NCBI GenBank assembly: GCA_009914755.4
Contig: CP086569.2
Location: forward strand, 5,632,001-5,696,000
Source: the human T2T-CHM13v2.0 reference genome, Homo sapiens
Direction of reading: 5' to 3'
DNA length: 64,000 bases
In this document: positions 25,498 to 38,565 of the stretch, in pieces
Position numbering within the stretch: position 1 is the first letter of the stretch
Layout: each line of letters begins with the position of its first letter
The notes under the pieces: generated by a model
Told to the model about the DNA's origin: nothing
The model's database searches: none
What the model saw: the letters and a program-made list of their open reading frames with translations, nothing else
Translations under genes and position numbers: made by a program

Positions 25498-26150
25498 TAT
25501 TCTAGCTAACAGAATATAAAAGCATATCAAAAAGATAATACAGCATGATTAAGTGGGTTTCATCCCTGGGATACGGTGATGATTTAACATACACAAGTCA
25601 ATAAATGTGATACATCACATAAATAGAATTAAAAACAAAAACCATATCATCATCTTAATAGATGCAGAAAAAACATTTGATAAAATCCATCATCCCTTTA
25701 TTATAAAAACCCTCAAAAAATAGGTATAGAAGAGATTTACCTCAGAGTAATAAGAGCCATACATGACAAACTCATAGCCAACATTATATTGAAGGGGGAA
25801 AACTTGAATGCATCCTCCTCTGAGAACTGGAATAAGACAAGGATGCCCATTTTCACCACTTCTATTCAATATAGTACTGGAAGTCCTAGCCAGAGCTATC
25901 AGAGAAGAGAAAGAAATAAAGGGCATCCAAATTGCAAAAAAAAAAGTTGAACTGTCACTGTTCACCAATAATATGATTGTATACTTAGAAAACCCTAAAG
26001 ACTTATTCAAAAAGCTCCTAGATCTGAAAAATGAATTCAGTAAAGTCTCAGGTTACAAAATCAATCTACACAAATCAGTAGCACTGCTATACACCAACAA
26101 CAACTAAGCTGAAAATCAAATCAAGAACTCAATTCTTTTTGCAACCGCTG

Positions 26151-26193
<43 letters not shown>

Positions 26194-27915
26194 AGGAATG
26201 TATTTAACCAAGGAGGTGAAAGATCTCTACAAGGAAAACCACAAAACACTGCTGAAAGAAATCATAGATGACACAAACAAATGGAAACACATCCCATGCT
26301 CATGAATCGATAGAATCAATATTGTAAAAATGACTACATTGCCCAAAGCAACGTACAGATTGAAGGTAATTTTTATCAAAATACCATCATCATTCTTCAC
26401 AGAACTAGAAAAAACAATCCTAAAATTCATATGGTACAAAAAAAGAGCCCACATAGGCAAAGCAACTAAGCAAAAAGAACCAAACTGGAGACAACACCTT
26501 ACCTAACTTCAAATTATACTACAAGGCTATAGTTACTAAAACAACATGGTGCTGGTATAAAAAATAGGCACATAGACCAATGGAACTGAATAGATAACCC
26601 AGAAAAAAAGCCAAATACTTACGGCCAATTGATCTTTGACAAAACAAATGAAAACCTAAAGTGAGGAAAGAACACCCTATTCAATGAATGGTGATGGGAA
26701 AATTTGCAAACCAAATGTAGAAGAATGAAAATGGATCTTCATTCATCTCCCACCTTATACAAAAATCCACTAACGATGAATCAAAGGCTTAAATCTAAGA
26801 CCTGAAACCAAAAAAATTCTAGAAGATAACATCAGAAAGACTCTTCTAGACATTGGCTTAGGCAAAGACTTCATGTCCTAGAACCAAAAGCAAATGCAAC
26901 AAAAACAAAAATAAATTGTTAGGACCTAATTAAACTAAAAAGCTTATACATAACAAAAGAAATAATCAGCAGAGGAAACAGACAACCAACAAAGTGGGAG
27001 AAAATATTCACAAACTATACATCTGACAAAGGACTAATATCCAGAGGCACTCAAACAAATCAGCAAGAAAAAAACAAATAATCTCATCAAAAAGTGGGCA
27101 ATCAGATGACTAGACAATTCTCAAAAGAGAATATACAAATGGCCAATAAACTTATGAAAAAATGCTCAATATCACTAATTATCAGGGAAATGCAAATGAA
27201 AACCACAATGAGATACCACCTTACTCCTGCAAGAATGGCTATACTTTAAAACTCAAAAAATAGTAGACATTGGCATGGCTGTGGCAAAAAGGGAACACTT
27301 TTGCACTGCTGATGGGAAGATAAACTAGTACAACCATTAGGGGAAACCAGTATCAATATTTCTTAAAGTACTAAAAGTAGAACTAGTATTCGATTAAGAA
27401 ATCCCACTACTGGATATCTACACAAATAAAAATAAGTAATTATATGAAAAAGATACATGCACAAGCATGTTTATAGCAGCACAATTTTCAATTGAAAAAA
27501 TATAGAACCAAGCTAAGTGCCCAGCAACCAATGAGTGGATAAAGAAAATGTGGTATATATACACTATGGAATACTACTCAGCCATAAAAATGAATAAAAT
27601 AATGTATTTTGCACCAACTTGGATGGAGCTGGATGTCATTACTCTAAGTGAAGTCAGGAATGGAAAAACAAATATTGTATGTTCTCACTTATAAGTGGGA
27701 ACTAAGCTATGGGGATGAAAAGGCATAAGAATGATATAATAAACTTTGGGGACTCAGGGAGGTAAGGATGGGAGGGAATGAGTTGTAAAATTCTAGATAT
27801 TCGGTATGGTGTAGACTGCTCTGTTGATGGGTGCACCAAAATCTCAGAAGTAACCACTGAAGAACTTATCCATATAATCAAAAATCACTTGTACCCCGAA
27901 AACAAGTGAAATAAA
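25498..27915 (+). mobile_element. Continuation of the host L1: rest of ORF2 (RT, C-terminal domain) and 3'UTR to an A-rich end
   Basis: ORF 25808-26107 ([98 protein letters not shown]) is L1 RT with the FADDM motif mutated to FTNNM. The 3'UTR is L1P-like and ends ...cccgaaaacaagtgaaataaaaaaca. Confidence 0.85.
26151..26191. repeat. Pure poly(A) run of about 40 nt inside L1 ORF2 sequence
   Basis: It replaces the native A-rich ORF2 stretch aaagagaataaaatacctaggaat (observed gcaaccgctg-A40-ctaggaatgtatttaaccaagg). Confidence 0.9.
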
Positions 27916-27919
27916 AAAC

Positions 27920-28680
27920 ATTTTTTTCTAATGTAAGCATGAAGAACTCTAATTATTGTTCCAGTTGCACTGTATGCATTTTGATATGTGGTGTTTTCAT
28001 AATCACTCAATTCAGATTTTTCTCTAATGTATCTTTTAATTTCTTGTTTGATACATGGGTTATGTGAAAGTATGTTACTTAATTTCAAAATATTCATGTT
28101 TTCTACTGATGTTTTGTTGTGATTTGATTTCTAATTTAGTTAAATTTTGTTCAGCAAACAGAGTCTTCATGATTGCAATCCTTTAAAATTAACCTAGTTT
28201 ATGGTGAATTACATGGTCTATTTTGATGAATATTCCATGTTTCCTTGAAAAGGATGCATATTTTCTTTCATTGGGATTATTGTTCTATAAATAAAAATTA
28301 GTTTGAAGTGGGTGATTGTGTTGCTCAAGTCCTCTATATGTTTATGATTTTCTGTCTACTTGTTCTGTCAATTTCTGGGACAAGAATATGGGAATTTTGA
28401 AATTTAATTGTAGATTTGTTTATGTCTCACCTTACTTAAATTATATTTTGTTTCACATATTTTGAAACTCTTTTGTTAAATACACTTTTAGGATGCTTGT
28501 TTTATTGATGATTTATGGTTTTATCATTGTCAAATATTTCTCTTTCTTTATTTTCATGTGTATTGTCCTGAAATCTACTTTCTCAGATATCAATATATCC
28601 ACTCCAGATTTCTAACAATTAGGTTTGCTGATTCCTATCTCATGTCCAATGTCATTGTCTCTTTCCATTCGAAATATGTC
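27920..28680 (-). mobile_element. Old L1M fragment (ORF2 5'/EN region), antisense
   Basis: Resembles L1M antisense ...ggtgaatgttccatgtgcacttgaaaagaatgtgtattctgctgttgttgggtggagtgttctataaatgtcaattag...ttctgtctagttgttctatcaattattgag...; observed ...ttgatgaatattccatgtttccttgaaaaggatgcatattttctttcattgggattattgttctataaataaaaattag...ttctgtctacttgttctgtcaatttctggg... Confidence 0.5.
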
Positions 28681-28899
28681 TATATAACACATCTGGGGTA
28701 ATCTTCATAAAACATCACCTTCACAGAGCCCTTACAATGCTCATAAATCTTCATTACTTCTCCATTATTTAAAGGATATGAATTCCTTAGCCTTCTATCC
28801 ATAGATTTTCACCTTGCAGCCTCAATTTATCATTCAAAATGGTTTTCCAAATACTTCCTTATGAGAATCTTTGGCATCATACAAAATGTTCTAAAAAAT

Positions 28900-29400
28900 C
28901 ACAAGCCTCCAAATAAGTTGTGCATTCTTACCTGTAGTAGATTGACTAAGTGGCTCTACTTTTTACCCACCCTGAATCCATGTCTTTAATGTGTAATTTT
29001 TGCAGTTCCTTACATTACATTCAGCGTATACTTGCCTACCACTTGACTTTGGACTTGGTCATATAACTTGCTTTGGCTAAGAGATGTTAGATGTGACTTA
29101 AGCAGACTTAACGTCAGCAGAGACTTCAAATGTTCTTGCAAGATTGAGAATTTCCTCTTGTGCTTCAACCAATACCATGAAAATTTAATTTTCCTGCTGG
29201 TATAAGGAAGATGCAGCTTATGACCAAGGCAAGTAAAGCCAAACCAAGTCCAGTCAAGCTCAGCTAAAATCAGCCAACCCCCAGCTGACCCCTGGATCCT
29301 TGAGTGAGAATAAATTATTGTTGCTGTTTTAAGCCACTGAATTTTGGAGTGCTTTGTTACATATCGTATTTTTATGTTAATAGTTAACTGATACGTTACA
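28900..29400 (+). repeat. MaLR/ERVL-like LTR 3'-end fragment (subfamily unassigned)
   Basis: Ends ...gagaataaattattgttgctgttttaagccactgaattttggagtgctttgttacatat, resembling MaLR LTR termini (...aataaatgtttgttgtttaagccacccagtctatggtattttgttat...). The 142-aa antisense ORF here is spurious. Confidence 0.3.
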
Positions 29401-31184
29401 TCCATACTATTGTTCAGTCTTCTTTTTATTTTCATCAATCATTTAGATATGTTTTAGATACCTACTCATTATACAAGGCTCAGTCTAATGTGTCTTCCTT
29501 TAGAAACTTTTTCTATTACAGTCTCGCCTCAAAGAATTTTCCCTTCTTAATAATTATTACACAATGTATATGTATATAAAATCATCACATTTTACACCTT
29601 GGAGAAATTTAGTCTTTACAATGAATCAGATTAGACTGAGAGAAGTGTAGAGAGACTACTCTATGGATCTAACACAGGGGTTAAATTTGTCTGCTCCTTA
29701 TACCTTCTCCAGCCTCATTTCCTATAATTAATTATAATTAGTATTCCCCTTTTGGGACAAAATAATTGTCCCTAATGACAAGTTACAGTGTGTTTTTCTA
29801 GTGCGTCTTTGAAACAAATAAATTGCTGGCTCTCAGATCGACATTTCTGTCCTAAACTTCAGTTCTGGCCTAGGACAGGATCTGGGTGTGTAAAGAGAAG
29901 ACTCCTATTCACTTAGTACTATTTCCATGTTAGGAAATCTGTGGAAAACCAGGTTTATTATATCTTATTTCCAAACTGTCCACATACCTAAAAATTATTC
30001 TCATGTTTCAATTTATCAATAAATATATATTTAACATAGCACTTTATGTCCTTAAAACAGGCTTAAACAAATGTAATACAATAACTTTTTATTTCAGTAC
30101 TTCACTAAGCATGCTTATTTACATTTTTTTAGAAAATGCAATTTCATTTACCAATAATTAATATTTATTCCCAAGGCCAATTATCCAAAGAATGTAATAC
30201 CCTTCTTTCTAGTTGTATAAGGTGTATCACTTCATGGTGATGAAATATTTGTATGGATATTATAATATATTTCTTTATCCTCATTGTACTAGAACTATGT
30301 CTCAAACATTCCTAATAATTCATTTCTGTATATTCAGTTTCACTGAACACTCCATATTTGTAAAAAGTTTAGTTAGCATTTTTCTACAATTTATGCCTTG
30401 TACACAAAATTTATAGTATCTTAGAACTTCCATGGAGACTTTGCGAAGTGCAATCTCACCTAATGGAAAATTACTTCAATATAAATTTATACTGCTGGGA
30501 AAAGGAGATGTATAAGGTTGGAAATGGCAATAAATAAGTTTCTTTCTCTATAAATTCTTTCTGAATTTCAATTTATTGGAAATGTGAAATGAGTAGAAGA
30601 ACAGTGGCAGAAATCATTGGCTTCTAAAAATTCTAATATGAATTCACCCTTCCTGACAAAGAAATTTGTGTAAGGAAACAGTGACAATTCTGTGAAAGAA
30701 GGGTATAGAAAGTAACTAAACAGAAAACAAAAATCAACAGAGTGTACAGGTGAGGAAATATATTACTTTTGGTGTTGATAACCTTTGAAGCCCAGTTTAG
30801 TTTATTCAGGTTCTCCATATCTTTGCACTAGATACAAGAGCCAGTAGAGCTATTTCTGATGTTACTCATGGAGCACTACAGAGACATACAGACTAATATA
30901 ATTACATTTCATTCTTTCAATAGGATATACAAATATGTAGGGAGAATTTTTCAATTTTCCATCCATTATAACAGTTATATCACATTTTCTGTATTTATAT
31001 TCTTTTTTTACAGGATAATCATTTATTAATTCATTTATCATTTTATTTAGGAACCTAATACAGTGTTTGATTTAGCAGTGAAGAACAGCATGCCTAAATA
31101 AATGATATTTAGAGGAAACTGTCATAAAAAAGCATAAATAACTAATAATACAATCCGTCAACTAATAATACATAGGAAACCAGG

Positions 31185-31365
31185 AAAACACATAAGATAC
31201 TATCTCACAAGAGTCAGAATGGCTATTACTAAAAAATCAAAAAATTACTGATGCTGACAAGACTGCAGAGAAAAAAGAACACTTATACACTGCTGGCAAG
31301 TGTCAATTAGTTCAACCATTGTGAAAAACAGTGTGGCGAGCCCTCAAATAACTATATTCTGTTTT
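31185..31365 (+). mobile_element. Short L1 ORF2 C-terminal fragment
   Basis: tatctcacaagagtcagaatggctattactaaaaaatcaaaaaattactgatgctgacaagactgcagagaaaaaagaacacttatacactgctggcaagtgtcaattagttcaaccattgtgaaaaacagtgtggcgagccctcaaa corresponds to L1 ...[50 protein letters not shown]. Confidence 0.6.
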
Positions 31366-31663
31366 GTTTCTCAAAAATATTTGGGCCAAATTTAGCACAC
31401 TTAAATTACATTAAATACACACAATTGAAATATGAGTATTCCATACTTTTATTGTTTAGTTTATATTCCTAAAAAATTGAGGCAAAAACTATAAGCAAAC
31501 TATTCCTGCAGCATTTCATTTCTAGAAGTTGGTAATGATAATGTGTAATATGATGACTTAAAATTCAAATCTAATAAAATTCATTGTCATTTATATATAT
31601 AAACAGGGATCATGATGAGCATCTAATATATGCATATACCCAAAAAAACCCATGGAGTATTGG

Positions 31664-32041
31664 TGATACTGTTTGGCTGTGTCCCCACTCAAAATCTCAT
31701 TTTGAAGTGTAATCCCCATAATCCCCACATGTCAAGGGCAGGACCAGGTAGAGGTAATTGGATTATGGAGGCAGTTTTCCCCATGCTGTTCTCATGATAG
31801 AGAGTGAGTCTCACAAGATCTAATGGTTTTACCAGAGTCTGGCATTTCCCCTACTTTCACTCACTCCACTCTGTCACCTGGTGAAGAAGGTGCCTGCTTC
31901 TCCTTTGCCTTCCACCATGATTGTAAGTTTCTTGAGGCCTCCCCAGTAATGCAGAACTGTGAGTCAATTAAACCTATTTTCTTTGTAAATTACCCAGTCT
32001 CAGGCAGTTCTTTATAGCAGCATGAGAATGGATTAATACAA
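31664..32041 (+). repeat. THE1/MST-type MaLR solo LTR
   Basis: tgatactgtttggctgtgtccccactcaaaatctcattttgaagtgtaatccccataatccccacatgtcaagggcaggaccaggtagaggtaattggattatggaggcag...cttctcctttgccttccaccatgattgtaagtttcttgaggcctccccag...aattacccagtctcaggcagttctttatagcagcatgagaatggattaataca, following the THE1 consensus (TGATATGGTTTGGCTGTGTCCCCACCCAAATCTCAT...GACTAATACA). Confidence 0.8.
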
Positions 32042-32046
32042 TTGGG

Positions 32047-32540
32047 TACTATGGTTTGAATATTTGTACCCTCCAAAACTCATGTTGAAATGTAATCCCC
32101 ACTATGACAATATTGAGAGGTAGGGCCTGAAAGAGGTAATTGGTTCATGAATGTTCTGTCCTAATGAACATATTAATTCATTCAAAAATTAATGGTTTAA
32201 TGGATTACTGGGTTTTCATCGAAGTGGGGGAGCCTAGTGGCTTTAAAAGAAGAAGAAGAAAGACTTGAGCAAGTATGTATTCACAGCCCCCTTACCATGA
32301 TATCACGCACTGCTGTGGGACTCACTTTGTTTCTTTCTTTCTTTCTGTGAACTTGCATAGAGAAGTAATGCCTTAGAACTTTTATGAGAATCTCCACTAG
32401 CAAGAAAACTCTCACCAGATGCTACTCCTTAACCTTGGACTTCTCAACCTCCATAACTACAATAAAAAATTATCTTTTCTATATAAATTTCTTACTTTTG
32501 GTATTCTGTTATACACAACATAAAGTACTAAGACATTGGG
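32047..32540 (+). repeat. MLT1-type MaLR LTR immediately abutting the THE1/MST LTR
   Basis: tactatggtttgaatatttgtaccctccaaaactcatgttgaaatgtaatccccactatgacaatattgagaggtagggcctgaaagaggtaattggttcatgaatg... corresponds to MLT1 TGTTATGGACTGAATGTGTCCCCCCAAAATTCATATGTTGAAGCCCTAACCCCCAATGTGATGGTATTTGGAGATGGGGCCTTTGGGAGGTAATTAGGTT.... It ends ...ccttggacttctcaacctccataactacaataaaaaattatcttttctatataaa...tattctgttatacacaacataaagtactaagaca. Confidence 0.6.
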
Positions 32541-33589
32541 ATAGGTCACCAAGGGCCTTATTATCCTATTGGCATAAGGCTTCTGCAGCCTTTTGGAGAG
32601 GTGGTAAAATAATGTATTGTTGAGCAGTAAGATAGAATAGACACTTCAAAAGACCTCTCTCTATAAAACTGAGGAAAATTTCATAAAATACACATTTTAG
32701 TGCATTTCTAGACTAGCAAAGAAAAAAGAAACCTCTAAGCACGACCACCATCACCAAAAATGACAAAGTACTGAGTTTGAAATGAAACCAGAAAAGCGAG
32801 TTCTGAGCAGCCATTGAAAGAAAAAAAAATGTAGTTACTCTAGAAACAACTGCCAAATTCAGCATTCCAGTCCATGGATTAAAACATGAAAAAGTCTCAA
32901 AGAAGGGAGATAAACCTGAGACCATTTTATCAAGGATATTGAGACAGCTGCATTCAAAACATGTCCTATGTAGGCCTTTATATTACCACAGACAAAAATC
33001 AGAGATATAAATTTACTGAACAATGAAGCAAATGAATTGACAGAAGTGAGACTCTGCAGGCAATAAACAACAACAGCAAGGGATTTATATACCTAATACT
33101 TAAATTGGAATTATTAAAAACAGACTGTAAATTATTTGTTAAATGTTAAACAAAATAAAATATGGACTTTGAAAAAGGAACAAGCAATACAAGTCTCTGA
33201 AAAATAGAGTGGTATTTTAAAAACAGCCAAATAAAAATGTTAGAAAAGTGTGTATATACACATAAGCACCCATACGTATTTGTTGAAATTTTGAACTCAA
33301 TAGGTTCTTCTACTTCTGGTACTACGTAAAAAGTTGAGAAATTATTGCTTTCAAAAAACAATGAGAAAAATCCAAATAAGCTACAAAATGAAAGTTTTAC
33401 TTTTTCAACCCATCAGATTGCTGAGGACACAAAGAAATCTAAAAAAAATCCAGGAAGTGCGGGGGCCTATATATATGGTCAGGTATGCCATATTCATTGA
33501 TTGGAAGATGCAATGCTTTTTATGATACCAATTATTCCCATATTGAACAATTTATATGATACAACTGCATTCAACATTTTATATTTCAT

Positions 33590-33825
33590 TTTTTTAAATC
33601 ATCAAGCTGATTCTAAAATTTGATACAAGAAGCAACAAAGCAAGAGCAGTTTTGAAGAGGAAGAACGAAGTTAGAATACTTGGAATAACTAATTACATAA
33701 ATTACTAAATAACTATTTTAACCAACATAATGTGGTATTAGCTTAAGGAAAGACATATATATCCATGAAACAGATGAAAGATGCTGAAATAAACCTATTT
33801 TAAAATATTAATAGAGTTTATTTTT
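33590..33825 (+). mobile_element. L1M ORF2 C-terminal-region fragment (sense)
   Basis: ctgattctaaaatttgatacaagaagcaacaaagcaagagcagttttgaagaggaagaacgaagttagaatacttgg...atgtggtattagcttaaggaaagacatatatatccatgaaacagatgaaag corresponds to L1M ctgattctaaaatttatatggaaatgcaaaggacctagaatagccaaaacaattttgaaaaagaagaacaaagttggagg...gtgtggtattggcataaggatagacaaatagatcaatggaacagaatagag. Confidence 0.45.
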
Positions 33826-34100
33826 AGAGCAGTTTTAGGTTTACAGAAAAATTTAGTGTAAAAATATAGAGTTCCCACATACTCACTTGCTTCCTGCACA
33901 CAGTTTCCTGTTATTTACATGTTGCATTAGTGTAATATATTTATTACAATTGATGAGTCAATATTGACACAATATTATTAACTAAAGTCTCTACCTTAGA
34001 GTTCACTCTGTGTTGACATTTGGCTTTGACAAATGTATTATGACATGTATTATGACATATTTCAAAATGTAGTTTTTAATTATTATGCAGGTATGGTGAC
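33826..34100 (-). mobile_element. Older L1M (L1MB/MC-like) 3' end, antisense, part 1. It continues at 34900 after intervening insertions.
   Basis: ttatttttagagcagttttaggtttacagaaaaatttagtgtaaaaatatagagttcccacatactc...tgttacaattgatgagtcaatattgacacaatattattaactaaagtct...gttcactctgtgttgacatttggctttgacaaatgtattatgacatgtat is the typical antisense 3' terminus of old L1M families. Confidence 0.5.
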
Positions 34101-34164
34101 GTCAACAGGTCTCCTGAGGTTACTATCTGCCATTGAAAAGGTTGTTTGTAACTCATAGTTTTTA

Positions 34165-34235
34165 AGAGGAGAGTACACTAAAGAGGAGGGTACACTAAAG
34201 AGGAGTTTTCAAGAGGAGGGTACACAGGGGAGCTA
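34165..34235. repeat. Tandem repeat of a roughly 17-bp unit (agaggagggtacactaa), about 3.5 copies
   Basis: gaggagagtacactaaagaggagggtacactaaagaggagttttcaagaggagggtacacagggg. Confidence 0.7.
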
Positions 34236-34255
34236 CACTAAAAAGCACCAGATTC

Positions 34256-34566
<311 letters not shown>

Positions 34567-34899
34567 TCAGGAGGCAGAGAGAATGGAAGAAAACATAGAC
34601 AAGAGCCTTTATTGTGGTTTCCATGAGAAGAAACACATGAGGCAGGGTAAGCAGATTTAGGATTGACTAATTTGAATAACTTCAGCCGGCTCTGAGGCAT
34701 AGTGGCTATCCGTAGTTGTCTGGTACCTGGCTCTGGTGTGATTAGGGCAGATAAATAATTGCCTGGAGTGTGAGAATCTTGTGAAAGACTGACAAAGGTG
34801 GTGTTAGGGTATGAGCTCTGGATTAATTAGTTGGCATATGGAAAGTGTGTTTATAAGTGAGATATTTACTCTCTCTAGGAATTGGCTGGCTCTGGAAGG

Positions 34900-35165
34900 G
34901 CAATCTCTGCAGTGTTAGTAAGGCCCCACATGTCAAAGCACCAGAAACACATGGTTAATATACATGTATTCACCATTATGGTATTATACAGAATAGTTTT
35001 AATGTCCTAAACCTATTAATTTCTCACTCTGTCCTCTTCCTAAACCCTGACATTTGTTTTTGTTTTTCTTTTTGTCTATCTTTGTCTTTTATTGAATGTC
35101 ATATAGTAGAAATATATGTAGCCTTTTCAGATTGGCTGTTTTTTGCTTAGCATTTATTAAAAAAA
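34900..35165 (-). mobile_element. L1M 3' end antisense, part 2 (continuation of 33826-34100)
   Basis: ...catgtattcaccattatggtattatacagaatagttttaatgtcctaaacctattaatttctcac...tgtcatatagtagaaatatatgtagccttttcagattggctgttttttgcttagcatttatt corresponds to L1M antisense ...catgtatccaccattatagtatcatacagagtagtttcactgccctaaaaatcctctg...gaatgtcatatagttggaatcatacagtatgtagccttttcagattggcttctttcacttagtaatatgcatttaa. Confidence 0.5.
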
Positions 35166-35172
35166 TCAATTG

Positions 35173-35900
<728 letters not shown>

Positions 35901-36609
35901 TTTGTATTATCTCTTTCCCTTAAGTGTGGGAAAGACAAGCAAATAGGATACGATATTATTCCTTTGATTAGATTACTAATCAGTGAATTTTGAGTTAAAC
36001 AAAAGGGAGACTATACTGGGTGGGTCTAGCCTAACAAGAAACAAAAAGCAGCACCAAATATGCTACTCCTGGCCTCAAAGAAAACAACCATATATGTTTA
36101 CAACTGCCTATAAATGCCATAGAGCAAGGAAATATGGGTGGTCTCTAGGCACAGAGAGTATTCCTCAGCAAATGGTTAGCAGGAAAACAGGGACTTCAGT
36201 CATACAGCCACAAGGAAATGAGTTATACCAATAATCAATGAGCTTGGAAGAGAACACTCAGCCTCAGATGCAAATCACAGTGCCATTATATAATCTTCAT
36301 TATAGCGTGATCAGTGGATTTATTTTAAAGCCATCCACAGATTCCTGGCCCATTGTAGAAGAGTAAGTCTGTGTTGTAAGATAATGAATTTGTATTAAGT
36401 TGCTAGATTTGTGATACATCATTATGCAGGAATAGAAAATGAACACAATATTTTTGACAAAAGACTTAGAAATTATAAACAATTTCTACAATTCAACCAT
36501 ATAAACTCAAACAATCAAAGATCTGGATGAAATATTTGAACAGACACTTGACCAAAAATGATATATTAATGGTAAGCACAATAAAATATGTTTACAATAA
36601 TTTTCTATG

Positions 36610-37075
36610 CTGCTATATCAAATTACTAAGAAGCTAGTGGTTTAAAGCAACAAAATTTATCATCTTACAGTTCTTTAGGATAGAAATTACATGGCTCTAC
36701 CTGGGCTAAAATTAAATTGTCTGCAGGAGTGCATTTCTTTCTGGAGACTCTAGAAAAGAGTCATTTATTGTTCTTTTTTCAGGTTCTAAAGAACTCCCAC
36801 ATTCCTTGGATCATGACCCCCTTCATCCATCTTCAAGGCTAGCACCTTTGCCTGTCTCTGATCATTCTTCCATAGCCACATCTCCCTTGACCCTTGGCTT
36901 ATCTGGGAAAGATTTGACATTCTTAAAGACTCATGAGATTAGGTTGGATCCACATAGCTAATCCAGGATAAACTCATCTGAAAGTCCTTAAAGCTTAATC
37001 ACATTTCTACAGTCCCTTTTGCTATGTAAGGTAACATATTCATAGGTTCTAGGTATTAAAATGTGGACATCTTTG
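36610..37075 (-). repeat. MLT1-type MaLR LTR (reverse complement)
   Basis: ctgctatatcaaattactaagaagctagtggtttaaagcaacaaaatttatcatcttacagttctttaggatagaaattacatgg...agg...tcattcttccatagccacatctcccttgaccc...aatccaggataaactcatctgaaagtccttaaagcttaatcacatttctacagtcccttttgc corresponds to rc-MLT1 gctgctataacaaaataccatagactgggtggcttaaacaacaaacatttatttctcacagttctggaggctggg.... Confidence 0.55.
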
Positions 37076-37099
37076 GAAGATCATTATTCTGCCTATCAC

Positions 37100-37850
37100 A
37101 ATGCTCAACATTATTAGTTATCAAAAAAAAAATTAAAATAAAAATGAGATGACACTATGTACCCACTAGAAGAGCTAAAATTGTAAATACAGTACTGCAC
37201 CGTACGTTAACAAGGATATATAGGAACTGGGCCTTACAATAATGCTGGGGAGAACAGAAAATAATACAACTACTTTGAAAAATGGTTTACTGACTTCTTA
37301 GTTCAAATATACACTTACCAATGACCCAGAAATGTTATTCTTACATGCTTACCCAAGGTATATAGAACACATGTCCACAATGGACTTGTTCACAAATGGC
37401 AATAGTAGTTTTATTGATAATAAGTAAAAGCTAGAAACCACCTAAACATCCATCAATAAAAGAATACATAAACAAATTGTGAGGTGTCCACACAAAGGAA
37501 CACTACACAGTAATAAAAGTCAGCAAACCTCTCATATGCACAACAACATGTATGAAACTCAGGATCACTATGGACTAGTCACAAAAGAGAATATGCCATG
37601 AGATTTCATTTATATTAAACTCCAGGAAATATGACTGTAATCCAATGATAGAAAACAAATCAATGTTGCCTACGTCCTGGGAGAGGGAGCAAGGATATGC
37701 TGGGAAGGGTCATATGGGCAACTTTTGAGATGATTAAAAAATATATATTGATTACAGTCATACATTACAATGGTCATATACATATGTTAAAATCACCAAA
37801 CCATAAACTAAATATGTGCATTTTATAACATAAAATTATACTTTATTATA
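37100..37850 (+). mobile_element. L1M 3' end (ORF2 C-terminus + 3'UTR), sense
   Basis: ...ccagaaatgttattcttacatgcttacccaaggtatatagaacacatgtccacaatggacttgttcacaaatggcaatagtagttttattgataataagtaaaagctagaaaccacctaaacatccatcaataaaagaatacataaacaaattgtgaggtgtccacacaaaggaacactacacagtaataaaag...catgagatttcatttatattaaactccagg... is the L1M pattern ...PYDPAIPLLGIYPKE...CTPMFIAALFTIAK.WKQPKCPS.DEWIKKMWYIYTMEYYSAIKK... Confidence 0.55.
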
Positions 37851-38565
37851 GTTTATTTTTATAAAATGAAAAAGTAAAGGCATTTTCAGATAGATGAAAT
37901 ATAAGACAATTTGTCTCCAGCTGATCTTCCCTACAGGAAATTCTAAGAGATTTGTCAGGCTAAAGCTACCAGATGGAAACATATGGAATTCCAGATCTTC
38001 AAGAAGAAATGTGGAAAGATTAACTATCTGGATAAATGCAAAATACTTTTCAAAAAGTACATGTTTATCTATGTATATCTGAATATCAGTAATATATTGC
38101 TATATACCAAACTCTTATACTAAAAAGGCAGCAGGAGAATATTTCTTTCTGCTCAGCTAAGATAGTCTTATATAGCATAATCACGGGAGTGACTGCCACA
38201 TCAGCTATGCTATATGCTATTGGCTAGAAGCAAGTAAGGTTTGACCACACTTCATGGGAAGGGATTATAAAAGGCATAAATCATTGGTGGGGAGAGTCAC
38301 CTTAGGAAGTTCTCACAAAAGGCTACCCTCTGATTCCCCAGTGATCTATGTCTCTTTTATATGCAATATATACTCATCCCACCCCAATACCACCCAAATC
38401 TCATATTCCATTACAGCATCAGCTCAAATTTCAAAATCTCGTCAACTATATATGGACCAGGTGCAAGTGACACTTATAGATTTAATCAATTTTTCTTGTG
38501 AGGCAAAATATTTCTTTGTATTGTGGATTTGTGAAAGTAAAGAGACAAGTTATCTGCATAGTACA

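Noticed and set aside
29010-29438. 142-aa minus-strand ORF
   Set aside because: It lies in an LTR-like repeat tail with no recognisable domain. An isolated short ORF in AT-rich human intergenic DNA is expected by chance.
32700-33590. A/T-rich region with lysine/glutamate-rich pseudo-peptides suggestive of an old L1 ORF1
   Set aside because: The similarity is too weak for me to call from memory; left unannotated.
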